Below are positions 62,645-64,000 of a stretch of 64,000 nucleotides of DNA, piece after piece. The DNA comes from Phaeosaccion multiseriatum (Eukaryota; Protista; Ochrophyta, other classes). The stretch is taken from assembly GCA_965112735.1 (NCBI GenBank), contig OZ218959.1, forward strand, positions 2,976,001 through 3,040,000, written 5' to 3'. Both the position numbers and the translations under genes were made by a program. Position 1 is the stretch's first letter, and each line of letters begins with the position of its first letter. Below the pieces are notes generated by a model. It made no database searches and was not told where the DNA came from. It saw only the letters and a program-made list of their open reading frames with translations.

Positions 62645-63992
62645 ATGTCGCAGCCCGTCGAAGCGGGCGCAGAAGGAGGCGACGCTTCTCCTCCAGCGTC
62701 CCGGCGAGCCTCTCTGGCAGCGACTGAAGCAGCCAAGCTCCAGGGGAAGGAGAGCGCCTACAGAGCCACAGATGACGCCGCTACACCAGACTTTAAGCTC
62801 GCGAGTAATCAGGAAAGCACCCCTGAGAATCTGAAGCTGTACCAGGCGACCAAGAAGTAAGTCGAGCAAAGTTGCTGTGGGTGGGCCATTCTTCTTGCTT
62901 CTTGTGCTGAGGCTCTATGGACGATCATTCTGTTGCTGCCTGTGATGCAGGGGAGATCTAAAGACCGTAAAGAAGATGCTGGAGAGTGGAGCTAACCCCA
63001 ACTACTACAAGCATCCCGAGGACGGCTCCTCGGCGACGCACAAGGCGGCGGAGCTGGGCCATACCGAGATCCTCAAGGAGCTCATCGCCAAGGGAGGAGA
63101 GGTGCGTATGTACATCGTGTGCGTAGTGTGGCACTCTTGCAGCTTTTCCAGCTCTGTAAGGCCTCCATTTCTTTCTGTGTGTGTGTGTGCTGGGCTCGGC
63201 TGGAAGGAAAGGCTTGCATTCTCCTTCGATCCACCCTACCATGCTCCCGTCCTAACCGTCCTTGTCCTTGTTGTGCCGCTGTGCTTGCGCGACTTTCAAT
63301 CAAAATACGACTGTCCATATCATCAATCGCTGCCGCGAAAACACGCCAAACTCGCCATCCATCCGCTCTTTGGCTGTCCGCATGGGTGCGTACGTGGCCC
63401 AATCTGCTCATGTCCTCAGATCAACGACCGCCTCCTCACGCACCACAGCACGCCGCTCCACCTGGCGGCCTTCTCCTGCAACGAGGACACCGTGGCCTTC
63501 ATCCTCGACAACGGCGGCGAGGTCAACACCGGTAACGCCTTTGGCAACTCGCCCCTCCACTCGGCTCTCATGGGCGGCAACATTAACATCGTCCACCTCT
63601 TGCTCAAGCGAGGCGCTGATGTCACGTGGGCCAACAACAAAAAGAGCGACGCCGTCCACTTCGTGTGCTACTCACATTTGACAGAGGAGGAGCAGTGCAC
63701 CTTGCTCAAGGAGCTCGTGGAACAGCACTCGGCCAATCCTTCCACGGTAGATGAGGACGGACTTACGGTTGTCCACATTGCCGCCAAGTTCAACAAGCTC
63801 GTCCTCCTGCAGACCTCTTTGGACTTGGGAGTGGATCCGACCCTCAAGGATGCCAAGGGACACACCGCGGCGTTCCACGCCAAGGTCAACGACAACTCGG
63901 AAGCCTACAAGCTGCTCGGGGGCCTGGAGACACCGAGGGAGGAGGCCGCCACCGATGTATCACCAACTGCTGCGGCGGAGGAGGGGGGTTAG
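62645..63992 (+). CDS. Ankyrin repeat protein, 3 exons (about 62645-62856, 62951-63101, 63420-63992)
   Basis: LYQATKKGDLKTVKKMLESGANPN, SATHKAAELGHTEILKELIAKGG, TPLHLAAF, GNSPLHSALMGGNINIVHLLLKRGADV, GLTVVHIAAKF. Confidence 0.9.
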
Positions 63993-64000
63993 GCAGACCA

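Overview
Gene-dense, intron-rich, GC- and microsatellite-rich eukaryotic nuclear DNA. It is most likely from a photosynthetic stramenopile with a flagellated stage: an aspartate kinase has a bipartite signal+transit presequence, and the window carries axonemal genes EFHC1/RIB72 and DNAAF5, a 7TM-RGS gene and an oomycete-type Crypton. About 16 spliced genes can be assembled by hand: a RanBP2-type zinc finger protein, an F-box-like protein, a sulfotransferase, a secreted hypothetical protein, two Cys-rich secreted proteins, a WRKY19-like C3H repeat protein, EFHC1, GatC, a pseudophosphatase-LRR protein, DNAAF5, V-ATPase subunit D, aspartate kinase, 7TM-RGS, a Crypton tyrosine recombinase and an ankyrin protein. 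Most short ORFs in the track are microsatellite artefacts. The most unusual signals are four. (1) A dispersed 16-bp motif CAGCAGTTGGTGATAC recurs at least 12 times on both strands, in introns and in three different coding readings of unrelated genes. (2) Two further dispersed motifs occur, one of them strand- and position-biased toward 3' splice sites. (3) A Crypton with an apparent frameshifted C-terminal PHD-like finger has palindromic subterminal sites and an adjacent array of hairpin MITE-like elements whose inverted repeats co-vary. (4) A splice acceptor is tandemly duplicated five times. Exon coordinates were read by eye and may be off by a few bases.
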